From contig NC_043007.1 in the NCBI RefSeq assembly GCF_006345805.1, positions 7,812,001-7,876,000 of the forward strand: a DNA stretch of 64,000 nucleotides, in the 5' to 3' direction. The notes beneath the pieces were generated by a model. The model did no database searches. It was not told the origin of the DNA and worked only from the letters and a program-made list of their open reading frames with translations. This stretch comes from Octopus sinensis (lineage: Eukaryota). Shown piece after piece: positions 26,560 to 41,534 of the stretch. Numbering within the stretch: position 1 is the stretch's first letter; every line of letters begins with the position of its first letter. Made by a program: the position numbers and the translations under genes.

Positions 26560-27101
26560 CGCCACAAAGCTCACGTTGAAGAATCATTGAACCCCTCTTT
26601 CTTTTGTTCCCAAGTTACCATTTCGGTCACTCCCTGTTTCCCACCAGCAATTTTCCTTTCTCCGAAGTCCTCCCCGGTTACTTTGGTAAAATCATATCCC
26701 TTTACGCAGATATTATGCCCTTCCATATCAAAGACACTAACTTTTCGAGCTCTTTTTTTAATTTCCACAACATCTATTCCCAACGGATGTGAAATCTTTA
26801 CGCAGTCTTCCGCCACAACTATACATTCTTAGACTGTAATTATGGTTCTTAAACCTTGCACAACCAACCCGAACTCGTTCTTACTAAGTTTTTCTTTTCT
26901 CTTTCTCTAGTGAAGTCTACTGGCATCCTACTGGTGTGCCCATAGGTCGCTAGATGGATCCCAGTTACGCCAACTTCTTCGTGAGCTAAACTGAAGCATT
27001 ATAATTTCTCCCAGTTATCTGGAATCACTTTGGTATTATATGGTTGTTCTATTGACAATTGTATAGAAGTCACAATCTCTCCCTCTCCCTCCCTCTCTCC
27101 C

Positions 27102-27163
<62 letters not shown>

Positions 27164-27900
27164 GCTATCTAGCTATCCCTGTCTTAGGATGAACTCACTG
27201 TCGTCGTTACATTACCAACACCTACTCTTTTGTGATTTCCCACGATACACCCGTGTTACTATCGATACCTCTGATATTTCTGTGTCTCTACATTATGAAC
27301 CCGTTGGCTCACATTTCCAGTTCGGCTTTTCTCTCTTCACACCGGATTCTCTTCTGGCAAATCTTCTTGCTTAGGCCGTCTATACACCAAATATTCGGAT
27401 TACCTTTCCAAAAGCGAATAAATGCAACAAATCTTAGTACATGGCTACTCTGAATCTACAATCAATACCGCAGTTCGCCGAATACGAAGCACTGACAGAA
27501 TTTCAGTATCTTTTACACACACATACACACACTCACTCACACATGCACACACACACACATCCAAAGACAAGGTACCTTTTGTACTACCATTCAACCTGCT
27601 TCTAAACACTTTTCTTCCCTATCAAATCATATATCGGCATTTTCAGCTGCTCCTCTTCTATATGTTACAGTTCTCTCTTAATCTCCAGTTGTACATTTAT
27701 AAACAGCCTACACATGCCACAGACCACATTGTAAACAACTTTATATACTCTACAAATCTCTCTACACGGGTAAAACCAGCCTCGTCTAAATATCGTCCCG
27801 AGAGCATCTAACCGAGCTCTGTAAAAGCACGCGCCATTTTTCAAGCCTGTATTTAGAGATTTCAGTTCGCCGAATACCCGCGACCAACCTCTCAATTTGG
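26560..27900 (+). mobile_element. Penelope-like element reverse transcriptase relic
   Basis: Across breaks: PFHIKDTN, TDVKSL, TGVPIGR*MDPSYANFF (cf. GVAMGT.MGPSYANLF), SIDNC (YIDD equivalent), LHYEPVGSH, GYSESTI, KVPFVLPF. Interrupted by (CT)/(CTAT)n at about 27075-27180. Confidence 0.8.
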
Positions 27901-28070
27901 GAAATTCCATTCTCTCATTCATTCTATATATCACACCCCACGCTACACCCGCAAACGCAAACAAGATCGTCTCATCTTTCCTCAACGAACTTCCTTGCCC
28001 GCCGGCTTTAATTTCATTCTCGTAGTAAATTTCCTTCTCTTTAACACATTTATATTTTTATAAATATATA

Positions 28071-28435
28071 GGCACCGGTGTGGTCCTGTGGTAAAACGTT
28101 TGTTTCCCAACAACATGGGACAGAGTTCTGTCTCATTGCGTGGCACATTGGGCAAGTGTCTCCTACTATCGCCTCGGGAGACCAAAGATTTGTGAGGGAA
28201 TTTGGCTGACAAAACTGAAAGAAGCGCGTGCGTGTATATATATATATATATATTATATATATATATATATTATATATATATATATATATGCGTGTCTGTG
28301 TGCGTGTATGCATGTGTATGAAAGAATGTGTGTATGTCGGCTGCCACTGCTTGACAACCGGTGTTGGTGTGTCTACGTCCCCGCACGTTAGCAGTTGGGA
28401 CAAAGAGACCGATAGAACAGAGTTATCCTCTGTGA
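28071..28435 (+). mobile_element. SINE family 2 with internal (TA)n
   Basis: tRNA-like head ggcaccggtgtggtcctgtggtaaaacg...; gggcaagtgtc...aaactgaaagaagc (TA)n ...gcttgacaaccg. Confidence 0.8.
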
Positions 28436-29936
28436 CCACTTATGATTTTGTTTTGAGTTTAGACAACATATGCTGATCGCTAGCATTTCAAATCGTAACC
28501 TTGTAGCTGTGATCTGATAATTTAACCAATAATCATCAATATTTCTTTCGTTTTCTTGGAGGTTTTTGTGCTTTTTTTACGCTTAGAGTTGTTGAGTCAT
28601 AAATATTTGATGGTTCTTCGTCACCGAAGACGGTAACTTATCGGAAATATATTGAATAAGTTGGCATCAGGCATTAGACCCATTTAGCAAACAAAAGTCT
28701 GGATCGACTAATATGGCAGTGAATATATATTACTATAAACTATGATCCTCGTTGCCGTACGTCGGAAGCCCAGTTTAAGGGAGCGTCAGAATAGAGATCT
28801 AGATATCCCTGGGTCAATATAGGATTTCGACATATTAACGAGGTCGAATTATGACTAATCGATCAAAATTACAACGATTTGAGTTATTTATTTGGAGAAT
28901 AAGAGTGAAAAGTCCGTTTCGGTTCCATAAAGGCGTAACGCTGCATAACCATCGTTGAAATAAAGATGTAAAGGAAGAAGATAACGGAAAGCAAAAATTT
29001 TTTTTAAAAAAGACTGCTTTTACGACATCTTTACTCTGCATTTGATACCACATGACCGGACTAACGGTGCTAATGAGCGCAAGAAAAATCATCCATGTCA
29101 TAATTAAGCTCGCCTCCTTTATCATTCATGCTCAGCTAAAATGAAACACTTTGATCAAAACCAAAAGAAAATAAATTTATTTGTAATTTTGTGAAGCAAT
29201 TTCAGTCTGTAATTAACATTAAATTAACCTTTTATTAAATTATTCAGTATTAAATTAGATTGAACATTTGTGTAAATGACATTATGATTTTTAATTATTA
29301 CTAATTAGCAGATAGCAATTAAGAATACATTAAAGATAACTTTTCTAAATAACAATGGTTTCTGTCGTAGCATACAAACAAGGACACGTATTTTTATGGA
29401 GGGGGAGGGGAGTCGATAAAACTGAGCCCAGATTTGCTTGAAAGAACGGTTAAATCTCTTTCGCATCACACAAGACTGGAGAGGACAATTCACATAGTGT
29501 GGATGCGTATATACAAGCCTAAAGACTATATTATGGTTACTGTTTGAGAATCTCTATGCAGAGTTATAATCGACCAGTCGAGAGATGCATGCGCACGCAT
29601 TCATCCATACAAATTCATATATACACACATATACATTTTTTCTTAACCAGATTCAGCTCGAGAACTGCGGCCATGCTGGGGGGCACCGCCGTTAAAATGT
29701 GTATACATATTTACCTGCTTACCTACCTGCGGAGACACGTCCAGACGTGCATACATAGATACGTACATGTATTTATCAAGCGAACATTTATAGGTATCAT
29801 ATGTGTATGCATTTGTAATTATATATAACGAAGTGTTTGTGTGAAGCAGTGTTTAGGTATTTGTTAGGAATCCCACACATCGATGTTTCGATTTTTACCC
29901 TCGTCAATACATACATACATACATACATATATATAC

Positions 29937-30003
<67 letters not shown>

Positions 30004-30019
30004 ATAATATTATTATATA

Positions 30020-30075
<56 letters not shown>

Positions 30076-30107
30076 TATATATAGTATGGATATATTAATA
30101 TATATAT

Positions 30108-30163
<56 letters not shown>

Positions 30164-30789
30164 GTATGTATGCATGTATGTATGTATATATATACGTACG
30201 AAGGCACTCACACATGCAAATATACGCTCACACACGCTCACACACACGTATATGTAATGCAGTTAATACGAGTTTTTATGTTGAAAAGAGGTAAATACAT
30301 AAATAAATAAATAAACAAATAAACAAACAAGTAAATAAAGACATTCCCAAAGTGGAGGTCATCCATCAGAGTCAATTAATAATAAACCGTAAAGACTGCT
30401 CTTTTGATGAAAGAACTATTTCCAGAAATATGAAACAAAACATACGCGAGTTCTACAGACGCGAACAGATCTGATGTAAGCTTCTTCCCGATTAGCCGTG
30501 AACTGAAGAGAATCTGCCAAAAATGACCTGCTGGGTTTATGGCATCGTAATGCAATATATTTCTTTGTTATTTTCCTCTGAACGCATTCGGGTTGTAGTT
30601 ATCCTCACAAAAATGGCAGCACACTTGGTGGATATTTTCTCATTAATTTTCGCTTTTCCTTCCATTTCGCTTTTTTCTTTTTCTTTTATTTGCATTTCAA
30701 CATTAAGTTTTTTCTTGCATTCTTAAGATATATATAAATGTATAGAATACACAGGATTTCTTTTACTCTTCTTCTTTTAGGCGTTTCAG

Positions 30790-31019
30790 GCATTCTCAAT
30801 CGAAGGAGAGGGGCTTTCTCCGTCCGGGTTGCGGATCCGTGGAATAAGCTGCCGGACGAGATAGTGAAGATGCCGACGACCGCTCGGTTCAAAGTCTCCC
30901 TTGACCACAAATGGCCTGAACTCTTTGCATGAACACCACCCTGTACATAACTCCATGTCCCCCTACATGGCCTTGCTTTTTGCTTCTTGAGCCAAAAAAT
31001 TAACTAACTAACTAACTAA
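30790..31019 (+). mobile_element. CR1/L2-clade LINE 3' end
   Basis: LNRRRGAFSVRVADPWNKLPDEIVKMPTTARFKVSLDHKWPELFA* (cf. FS.RV...WN.LP...V....FK..LD); short 3' UTR ending in (TAAC)n. Confidence 0.85.
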
Positions 31020-31567
31020 AGCTTCTTTCGAATTTGTTTCACTTATTTCTTCATTTATTTTTAAAGTTTGGCACATTTTCTATCGATCGCTTTTGTCGCT
31101 AGATAACGCGGTCGTCAACAAACCAACAGCGGTGGTCAAACAGTGGGGGACAAACACAGACTTAACATACACACATGTGCGCGCAACACACACTCACATT
31201 GGCGCGCGCGCACGTATATATCTGTGACTTTGCAGCTGTGTTTGTCCCCGCCACCGATGTTGGCTTGTTTTAGGGCGTCGTTCAGCAAGTGTGACCAATG
31301 CAACAAGAACCTACCTCAAGTTCAATTTGTTTGACTAAACCATCCAAGGTGGCGACTCACAATGACTGCAGTCCAATGGTTGAAAATATAACCGATTAAA
31401 GATAAAAGGTATCTACAGATATGCAGGTATACACACATATACATACATACTACATACATACATACATACATACATATATACATACATACATACATTCATA
31501 CATACATACATACATACATACATACATACATACATACATACATACATACATACAAACATACATACAA

Positions 31568-32463
31568 GCATTTTCAATCCAGGAACAAGAAATTTTAACC
31601 AAATACCTGATACACAAAAGGGACAGAGATGCAGGAAAGCACCAAAATGTGACAACCGATGCAGACTTTGTGGAGTTAACACCGAAGATATCACCCACAT
31701 CTTAAGCAGTTTTCTGAAAATGTCATCGCGGTATTATCTACCGATGATGCATGATGTTATAGCTAGGACACTGTATAATGAGATCCGTTGGAAGGGTAAC
31801 CCCGAGGTCAAAGAAATAAGAACCTACAGTGTGGTAGAAGCCATGGCCACTCATAATAAAAAGGAATACTGGTAGAATGTACCAGTGAAGTCCTCAACAA
31901 AATGTAAGCACAACAGGCCTGATGTAATGATTTGGAATAGAGAAGAGAAACTGTGCGCAGTTGTGGAAATTAGCTGCCCAGTGGATGCTAACATAAAGCT
32001 GAAGATCAGTGAAAAAGAGAACACCTATGGTGAACTATTGAGAAATCTGCAGTTACTCAGTTTACAAGTTACTTCAGTTTACAAGTTCAGGTTTATACCT
32101 GTAATTATTGGGTCCTGGGATATGTAACACACTGCCTAAATACCAATCTTGAGAAATTAGGCTTCTCAAAACCAGAAAAGAGAAAGCTGATTCGAAGACT
32201 ACAGATCCAATCCATGATTGGAACTGTAAAAATCTGTAAAACTTTCTAGAAGTTTATCATTTAGATATATATGAACATGTCTAGATATGCAACTATATGC
32301 ATGAGAACACATACATAAAACATACAAATCTGCACGCATACATACGTACATGCATGCAAAAATACCCTGTTGTTAGTGTTGAAATTCCAGTGAAGGAGCC
32401 TTGGCTCGAGGTTAGAAACCGGTTATTTCTCTATTGGCAAGAAATCTTGAAATTAAACTGATA
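31568..32463 (+). mobile_element. R4-clade LINE 3' fragment (zinc knuckle, REL, 3' UTR), copy A
   Basis: AFSIQEQEI...CDNRCRLCG..TEDITHILSS...MHDVIA...NRPDVMIW...VEISCP...EKENTYGELLRNLQ...PVIIG; preceded by (CATA)n. Confidence 0.85.
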
Positions 32464-32556
32464 TCTCCATTCTTCTATTCTTTTATGCATTCATTTTCTC
32501 GGCTTCCTATCTTATTTATTTCTCCCTCTCTCTCCCTCCATCACTGCCTCTGTCTC

Positions 32557-32598
<42 letters not shown>

Positions 32599-33366
32599 TT
32601 CTATATACCTCTACCTAGCTAGCTATCTCTATCTACTTATCTACCTGACCATTCATTTATACCATCTCTCCTTAAACTCCCTAATTTCAAGTTCTTTTTA
32701 TCTCTCCTTTCTCACCTCCCCAACAATGTTTCCCCCGGCAAACCTTCCTCATCTCTGCACATTTAATCCGATCCTTACTGTTTCAAACTGCCCTCTTATA
32801 AATAACTCCCAAGTGACGTTTAATCCCCAAAACTAAACAATTAAGCATTCAAATTGAGGAGTAGCATTGATACTATCATCTGAGTGATTATATCGCTTAA
32901 ACTGAATGACCTTGAGAGGCTGGGGTATCTATTATTATTATTGTATTTCTTTCTCGGATTCCGTTTCGTAGACTAGAAGTCATTGAGTTATACAGAGTTA
33001 CACATCGTACACGAACTCATCCTGCTAAAGTTACAAAGACCAGTATACTATCAAGGCTGCTGTTGTGTTACATCTTTGTTCTCATAGAAATTTGATTACA
33101 TCCTCTCTTGAAAGGAAGCCAATAGATTGCTACAAACAATTATGTGCCAAAATATCGATAACAAGAATAACGAAGATGTTTTTCTTGGACTATTAAATAA
33201 ACCATATTCTGTTAAATTGAGGGCGGAACTATCGTTGGGAAAGAAACAACAACTACAATGGAAAGAATATGAAGAACGTCTGCTATGAGGCGAAGCTTAC
33301 ACTGTGAAAGTTGCACAGATGTATGACTACGCATATGTGTGTGTAATTATACACACACACACACAC

Positions 33367-33414
<48 letters not shown>

Positions 33415-33439
33415 GTGTGTGTGTGGTGTGTGTGTTTGT

Positions 33440-33920
<481 letters not shown>

Positions 33921-34048
33921 TAAGACTATCGATTTCCTAAATTTGAGAAGAAGAAGTACCTTTATATTTGTGGGTTAGGGTCATTCATTGAAGACAGACA
34001 CAATAGAGTACAGGTTCATAGGCTAGTTTGGCGTTTTGTATACTATAA

Positions 34049-34106
<58 letters not shown>

Positions 34107-34212
34107 CTTAAGGAGATTCGTTATTGGTATAAGAATATACCTATTACTATTTTACTTGTTTCAGTCATTTGACTGCGGCCATGCTGGCACCACCTTTAAT
34201 TGAACAACTCGA

Positions 34213-34312
34213 NNNNNNNNNNNNNNNNNNNNNNNNNNNNNNNNNNNNNNNNNNNNNNNNNNNNNNNNNNNNNNNNNNNNNNNNNNNNNNNNNNNNNNNN
34301 NNNNNNNNNNNN
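34213..34312. other. assembly gap (100 N)
   Basis: Run of exactly 100 N; the SINE on the left is cut at the gap. Confidence 0.99.
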
Positions 34313-35738
34313 TATATGAACAGTTATGACAAACTCTTAAAGGATTTACATTTTAAAAAATAAACCATTTTTGTGTTAAACAAAGCTTTTATCTTTTACT
34401 TGCTTCCGACATTGCACTGCGGCCATATTGGAGCACCGACTTGAAAGGCTTTACTCGAACGAATTGACCCCATTATTTTTTTATGTCTGGTACTTAGACT
34501 CACACACACACACACACACACCACACACACACATATATATATATAGAAGTAAATGTAAGGACAGCAAGTTAGGAAAACCGATATACAAAAAAATATCAAA
34601 TACATTTAATACAAAAAGTTTACATATTTTTACAAATAAAAAGGTCAGACTTATAAAGAAGGCAAATGATATCAGGAATTAAAGGAGTTGAATAAGTTTT
34701 ACGAGTCCAACAGCTGTTTGGGGTGGGGGGGGCCTTGTTGTCCAAAATAATGATTGTAGCTTGATTCCAATCGGATGACACCAGCCTCCGTCTCCAGGGA
34801 AGAATTTTACATTTGAAGTGTTGACAGAATGGATAGAAAACTCGCCCACTTCAAACCACAATTTATCGAAACGATCGTAAGAATATGCACTCACTGAATA
34901 TTCATCCTAATTCCTCGTGTACCACCGTTCCTTGGATTCCCACCTTCTGACCACGTCATCGATTCGTAAAATCTGAATGCTGATACATTTATGTATTCAA
35001 TGCTTTCATGATTTTTAGATTTGTTCTTGAAATGATATGAATATGCCTATGATGCGAAGGGATTTAATTTAATAAAGGGACTCGACCTTTGAAATTTGTT
35101 CTCCACTTTCGCCTACATTCTTATTGATCCTTAAGAGCGCCAATGAGGTGTGCTGTATTAAAGCATATCATTTTTTTCGATATACTTCTCATAATTATTC
35201 AATATATATATATATATACATATGAGTGTTGTGTGCATGTACGTATGTATGTGTGGGCATGTCTATATGTATATATATATATGTATGCATATGTATATAT
35301 ATAGAGAGAAGGGAGGGGAGGGAAGAGAGGCAAGTGAGAGAGGGGAGGAGAGGGAGAGAAAGAGAAAGATAGAGAGAAAATTACACAAATAGTTCGTGTA
35401 TGATTATGAACCAAAGAAGAGAGAAATAAATAGTAACACACGGAACCAGACTCAGACAAGCAAAAGTTCGTGAGTGAAAAGCGTAGAAATATAAAGGAAA
35501 AAACAACAATCAAAGAAGTGCATATACAAGATAAATACGATAAAGAAACAAACACATGAGAATCTAATGTTTCGGATACTATCGTTTATCAAAGAGATTG
35601 TCTGCCACATAAACAGAATTCGGTATCAAATTCTTCCTTTTTCTACTTTTAATCTTAATTCCTTTCTCTCTCCCCCTCTCTCTCTCTATCTCTATCTCTC
35701 TCTCTCCTTCTCTTTCTCTTCCACTCAGTAAATATATA

Positions 35739-35774
<36 letters not shown>

Positions 35775-35790
35775 TGTATGTATGTATGTA

Positions 35791-35995
35791 GGCAGGAGGA
35801 CTTAAACGACATGCAAAGGTACATGAAGCCCAGTTACAACAACAGCCGGCTATTACCAGTAATGGTTTTAGTTGCCAATTCTGTAGACATTGTAGATCTT
35901 TAGCTGGGCTAAAAAGTCACATTCGATCACAGCACCAGTAACAGTTAAGCTTCGTGCAATGGCCATACTCAATAACGAGGGGGCAGCCATCATGT
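35791..35995 (+). mobile_element. RTE-type LINE 3' end with C-terminal C2H2-like motif
   Basis: AGGLKRHAKVH...CQFC..CRSLAGLKSHIRSQH*, then tggccatactcaataacgag...gccatcat tail. Confidence 0.55.
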
Positions 35996-36029
35996 ATGTA
36001 TATATGTATATATATATATGTATTTTTTT

Positions 36030-36256
36030 TTACTTGTTTCAGTCATTTGACTGCAGCCATGCTGGAGCACCGTCTTTAGTCGAGCAAATCGACCCCGGGG
36101 CTTATTCTTTGTAAGCCCAGTACTTATTCTATCGGTCTCTTTTGCCGAACCGCTAAGTAACGGGGACATAAACACGCCAGCATCGGTTGTCAAGCAATGC
36201 TAGGGCGACAAACACAGACACACAAACAAACACACATACATACATACATATATATA

Positions 36257-36300
<44 letters not shown>

Positions 36301-36410
36301 TATACATATATATATATATGTACATATATATATATATATACATATATACGACAGGCTTCTTTCAGTTTCCGTCTACCAAATCCACTCACAAGGCATTGGT
36401 CGGCCCGGTG
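36030..36410 (-). mobile_element. SINE family 2 (5'-truncated) with internal (TA)n
   Basis: Reverse complement of the family 2 body ending gcagtcaaatgactgaaacaagtaa. Confidence 0.85.
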
Positions 36411-36442
36411 TATTAGTTTGACGCTCGGGAAAGTGAAAAAGT

Positions 36443-36478
36443 CTTTTACGTTTCGAGCCTATGCTCCTCAACAGAAAA
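36443..36478 (-). ncRNA. minimal type I hammerhead-like motif with variant core (same family as 17512)
   Basis: UUUU CUGUUGA G GAGC-AUAG-GCUC GAAA CG UA/ AAAG. Confidence 0.5.
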
Positions 36479-36566
36479 GAATATGAGAACATAAACAGAG
36501 AGAAAACTTGTAGATTTCAGCTGTCCAGGATATAGCTTACTCATGTATGCGTATATATATTATATA

Positions 36567-36636
<70 letters not shown>

Positions 36637-36698
36637 ATGTATGTATGTATATATGTATATATATATATATTATTTATTATATATATATATTATATATA

Positions 36699-36734
<36 letters not shown>

Positions 36735-39160
36735 TGTATGTATATATGTATATTTATATGTATGTATGCATGTATGCAGGTATGTATGCATGTTTATATG
36801 TAGCTTAACACCAGGTCAGATCTGACTAAGTAGATGTTTAAACAAAAGCTTTCCATCCGTGACTAACTTCAATAAGAAACAGGAAACTATTTAAAACGGT
36901 AAAGTGGTATGATTTGATGAAGACCCGACTACTATTTCTAACAGTTTGAGCCACTCCTTACAGGCTCCTCATTGGGTTTTATAAATATGTATTCTTTTGT
37001 TGTTTGCTTGTATGTATGTGTGTGTGTGTGTGTCCAAGTTGCTGAGTATACCTGTGGGTGTACATGGGGTTTGCGTGTGTGTGTTTGTCTGTCCGTGTGT
37101 CAGTGCACGCGCACGTGCGTGCATAAGCTTCACTCTTATGCTTCATCCATATTTCAAATCCGGAGTCCGTGATAGACATCGATATATGTCGTTGCTGTTG
37201 AACCACAATATTGCAAAGCTCGATGTTTTATTCTTGTCCGTGTATATCTTATTTCTTGTTAAAGCTAAAGATTACCTTACGTATATTAATTAATGATCTG
37301 GGAGGTTTTCCGCATTGCCTGCCATCACTCAGTGCCAACGAGATATCGCTGTTCCATTCCTATCAGCTAGCAGTCCTGCCATTTGACATTTGCTTACACA
37401 TCTGAAATATCTAATTAATTTTGAAAAATTCAGTGAAAGTTGAGACCTGTCTACATGAATGTCTCAAAAAGTTGATAAAAATTCCTGCAACTATATATTA
37501 TTACCTGCCAACTTAATAGAGTAACTCAGCAAACCACTTGGTTGCTAGAAGTCGCAGCTAAATTTTATTCAAATTGCACATGGAGAAAAACATACTGAAT
37601 AATGTAGTTTTAGATAAACTGCCTTAAAATCTCTAAGGATCATAGATACAGAACTCTCCTGGGGCTAAACAATAAAGGCAGTGACCACTACTACCAGCAC
37701 TACCACAACAGCAACAACAACAACGATGACTAAAGGAGCAAGCAAAATAATCTTCTACGCAGTCACTCAACCTGCTAGTAAGAGCAGCCAATTTCTCTCA
37801 GATTTTACTCTGTTGTTCTGAAGAAAGGAAAGAACCATTCGTGGATGTCAAGGCAAGATGGTCGACGAGGAAGGAACACTTTAATCTTAAGTCTGCTCAG
37901 TAAACTTAGGACTGAACAACAATAACAACAACAGCAATTAATATAAGCAATACAGTTCCGTCGAGATATCGAATTGAGAGAGTCGCTAGTGCTTACAGTC
38001 CTTCGATAGAACAAGTACCAGGCTGAAAAACAAGGGCTGGAATGGATTCCATCGACCAAACCGTTCAAGGCAAAATAGTCCAGTATCGCTTCAATCCAAT
38101 GGCTGAAAGCAGTAAAAGATTAAAGTCATGTTCCTGGGGCAAACTGCTTTATTCTGAATGAGTACCTTTCCAATATGAAAAGGTAACAGATCAAGAACTC
38201 AACCAGAAAGAAGAAAAAAACAAAACGAGTTTAGGGTTAGGGTTAGTTTAAAGGAAATAAATAGCTCAAATGTTTATCGAAAGTATGGTATTCTAGTTGC
38301 TTTACCAATTCAATACAACACAGCATGCGTTATGACCAAAGCAAAGAGGAAAGCCAAGAGATAAAGTAATATAATCTTGAATTTAAATTAAAATCTAAAT
38401 TAAAATTCCTTACAAAACCAGACAAGTCATCATGTTTTAGAATATGAATTAAACATTAAAATTTTAAACGAAAATATTTATTATATAAAGTCTAATATGA
38501 AGTTAGAATATGATTCATCAAAATTTATAATTAAGGTAATTTTGGAGAAGACAAACTAATGGGGGAAAGGCTATTCATACAGTAACAGTACTGCATGATT
38601 AGCGTGGATGCCAGAAGGAAAATTACAATAAAATTGCATTTCTGATAAATGCATATCATCTGAAAAAATGCATTACTCAAGTAATCTCAACGTTAAAAGT
38701 TAACCTAAGGCTGATCCCCCGTGCCATGTGCCCCTAACAATAATCGAATCACGGCATATCAACGCACTGTGACACAGCCTCAATTGACCCAGCTCTATTT
38801 AACATTATCCTGAAATAAATCAAGAAAGAAAAGTCAGCCATGACCTTTAAACGACACGAGGTCAAATTCCTTCAAGGAATTCTTGACAAACCACCTCTAC
38901 CTGGGTATGTTTCAGCCAACAAAATGTCCATACCTGTCTGGGCTAGAGTGATACAAAACATGTCCTAATCGTAGCCCAAAGAATTTAGCAGGTTGTGTTT
39001 ATTAATTTAGACATTGATTCACGTTAGTATTGACTAAAACATGGTTAAGTTAATAATCTAAGTTTATTAATATATTTCACTTATTGTTTAGCTAACAAAT
39101 CCATCTCTTTTAGAACAGTATTTTTAACGGATATTTCGAGCAGAATGAGAGAGCCTTTAT

Positions 39161-39228
<68 letters not shown>

Positions 39229-40150
39229 CCACTCTCATTTATTAGGTATATTCAATTGGCACTACAGTAGAGCTACATATCAATAAATCCACTCCACCTT
39301 ATTTTTTTTTTCATGTGACGCCAACGAAGCTCACCATTACATTACTTCTTGCGAATTTTAAGAATTATATCCGACAAAAACAACGACTACAAAGTTGAAA
39401 CTGGCAGAAACAACAGAGTTGTAAGTAACAGCAGCTGAAATTCTATGGAAGACAAAGTTTCTCCTTTCTTTGTTAAAATACTTAGCTTCAACGTTGTAAA
39501 CTTTAACAAGTCACCAACATGCAAGGAGAAGCAAAAAAAAAATCATACGAACAAGATTTTGAAATGAAAGGGGAAATAGACTTTGTTTCTGAAAATATCC
39601 CTTGCGATGCCGATCGATAAGTTTCTTTCTGGCATGTCAGTGGATGATTTTTACATTCATACTTTCCAATAGACAAGCTATTTCTTTGAAATAGTTTGCC
39701 AGAGAAGCAAACAGGGATATCGGGAAAATACTTATTTGACCTAAAGTGTTACTAGTGATATACAACAACATAAGGTAGAATATTAGAAGAAAACAAAGAA
39801 AATATATTTTGAGCCTCATATAACCTTTTATTTCCTTTCTTCTTTGGATCGCTTCAACTGCTACCTGTCTTTCGGAATTACTATTCACGATTCCACTTCA
39901 TATTTCTAAGAATTATTTTCGTTTGTATGTATTCAATAACGAGTTTTAGCATCTTTTATTTTCATGTCTCATTAATATTTGTCACAAAGTGGAAAGCTTT
40001 ATTGCATTCAAATGCTCCTCTCACAAAGTTCTGAGTTTAAATAACAGTAAGGTTGGCTTTTATTTAATAATAAAGGTTTGTAAACCAAGTAGCAGCTATA
40101 TACAGGGAAACCGGTTTAGCTGTGAGCCGGAAATGAGTTATATATGCATG

Positions 40151-40198
<48 letters not shown>

Positions 40199-40201
<3 letters not shown>

Positions 40202-41289
40202 CATTATTCAGTTTATTTCAAGATTTCTTGTCAATAGAGAAAGAGCCGGTTTCTAACCAACATCCAAGACTCCTTCATTAGAATTTCAACAGCAATAGGG
40301 TATGTATGTATGTATGTATGTATGTATGTATGTATGTATGTATGTATGTATGTATGTATGTATGTATGTATGTATGTATGTATATATGTATGTATGTATG
40401 TACGTATGTATGTATGTATGTATGTATGTATGTATGTATGTATGTATGTATGTATGTATGTATGTATGAATGTATGTATGTATGTATGTATGTATGTATG
40501 TATGTATGTATGTATGTATGTATGTATGTATGTGCGCAGATTTATATGTTTTGTTTATGTATTTATTCTAAAGCTTATACCGGCGTGTCTAGACATGCTC
40601 AGATATATTTAAATGATAAACTTCTGGAATGTTTCACAGATTCTTCAGTTCCAGTGAGGAATTGGATCTGGACTCTTCGAATTAGTTTTCTCCTTTCTGG
40701 TTTTGAGAAGCCTAATTTCTCAAGATTGGTATTTAGTGTGTTACTTATCCCAGGACCCCAATAATTACAGGTATAAGCCTGAACTTGTATTCTGAATAGA
40801 GTAACTGCAGATTTCTCAATAGTTCACCATAGGTGTTCTCTTTTCCACTGATCTTCAGCTTTATTTTAACATCAGCTTTGTAGCTAATTTCCACAACTGT
40901 ACACAGTTTCTCTTCTCTAACCCAAATCATTGTATCAGGTCTGGTGTGCTTACATTTTGTTGAGGACTTCACTAATACATTCTACCAGTATTCCTTTTAA
41001 TTATGAGTGGCCATGGCTTCTACCACACTGTAGGTTCTTATTTCTTTGACCTCGGGGTTACCCTTCCAACGGATCTCATTATACAGTGTCCTAGCTATAA
41101 CATCATGCATCATCGGTAGATAATACCGCGATGTCATTTTCAGAAAACTGCTTATGATGTGGGTGATATCTTCGGTGTTAACTCCACAAAGTCTGCATCG
41201 GTTGTCACATTTTGGTGCTTTCCTGCATCTCTGTCCCTTTTGTGTATCAGGTATTTTGGTTAAAATTTCTTGTTCCTGGATTGCAAATG
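40199..41289 (-). mobile_element. R4-clade LINE 3' fragment, copy B
   Basis: Same sequence and same 5' breakpoint as copy A; expanded internal (CATA)n at about 40300-40535; ends ...ctgaataatgata followed by (CA)n. Confidence 0.85.
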
Positions 41290-41534
41290 TATGTATGTAT
41301 GTATGCATGTATGTATGTGTGTATGTATGTACGTATGTACGTACGTGCGTATATATGTATGCGTGCATGTATGTATATATGTATACATGTATTATTTATG
41401 TATACGTGTATATTTGTATGTTTTGTTTTATGCGTCTTCTCATGCATATACTTGCATATCTAGACGTGCTCACATATATTTAAATGATGAATAGGTACGT
41501 ATGTATGTATATATGTATGTACGTATATATGTAT

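Noticed and set aside
26571-26816. Coding-looking 81-aa minus ORF
   Set aside because: The opposite strand carries Penelope RT motifs (HIKDTN, DVKSL), so this is an antisense shadow.
28615-28670. CCGAAGA-CGGUA/UAUCG-GAAA motif on plus
   Set aside because: The core is altered and there is no stem I or valid cleavage geometry.
29865-29905. Minus-strand UUGACGA...GAAACAUCGAUGUG motif (similar relic near 35545-35590)
   Set aside because: The cleavage-site base is G and the stems are broken; counted only as decayed PLE ends.
38229-38248. TTTAGGGTTAGGGTTAG telomere-like repeat
   Set aside because: Only about 2.5 units; too short to call interstitial telomere.
39637-39888. Hydrophobic minus ORF as the GPCR TM1-TM2 exon
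   Set aside because: It lacks the GN (TM1) and LAxxD (TM2) motifs; hydrophobicity reflects T-richness.
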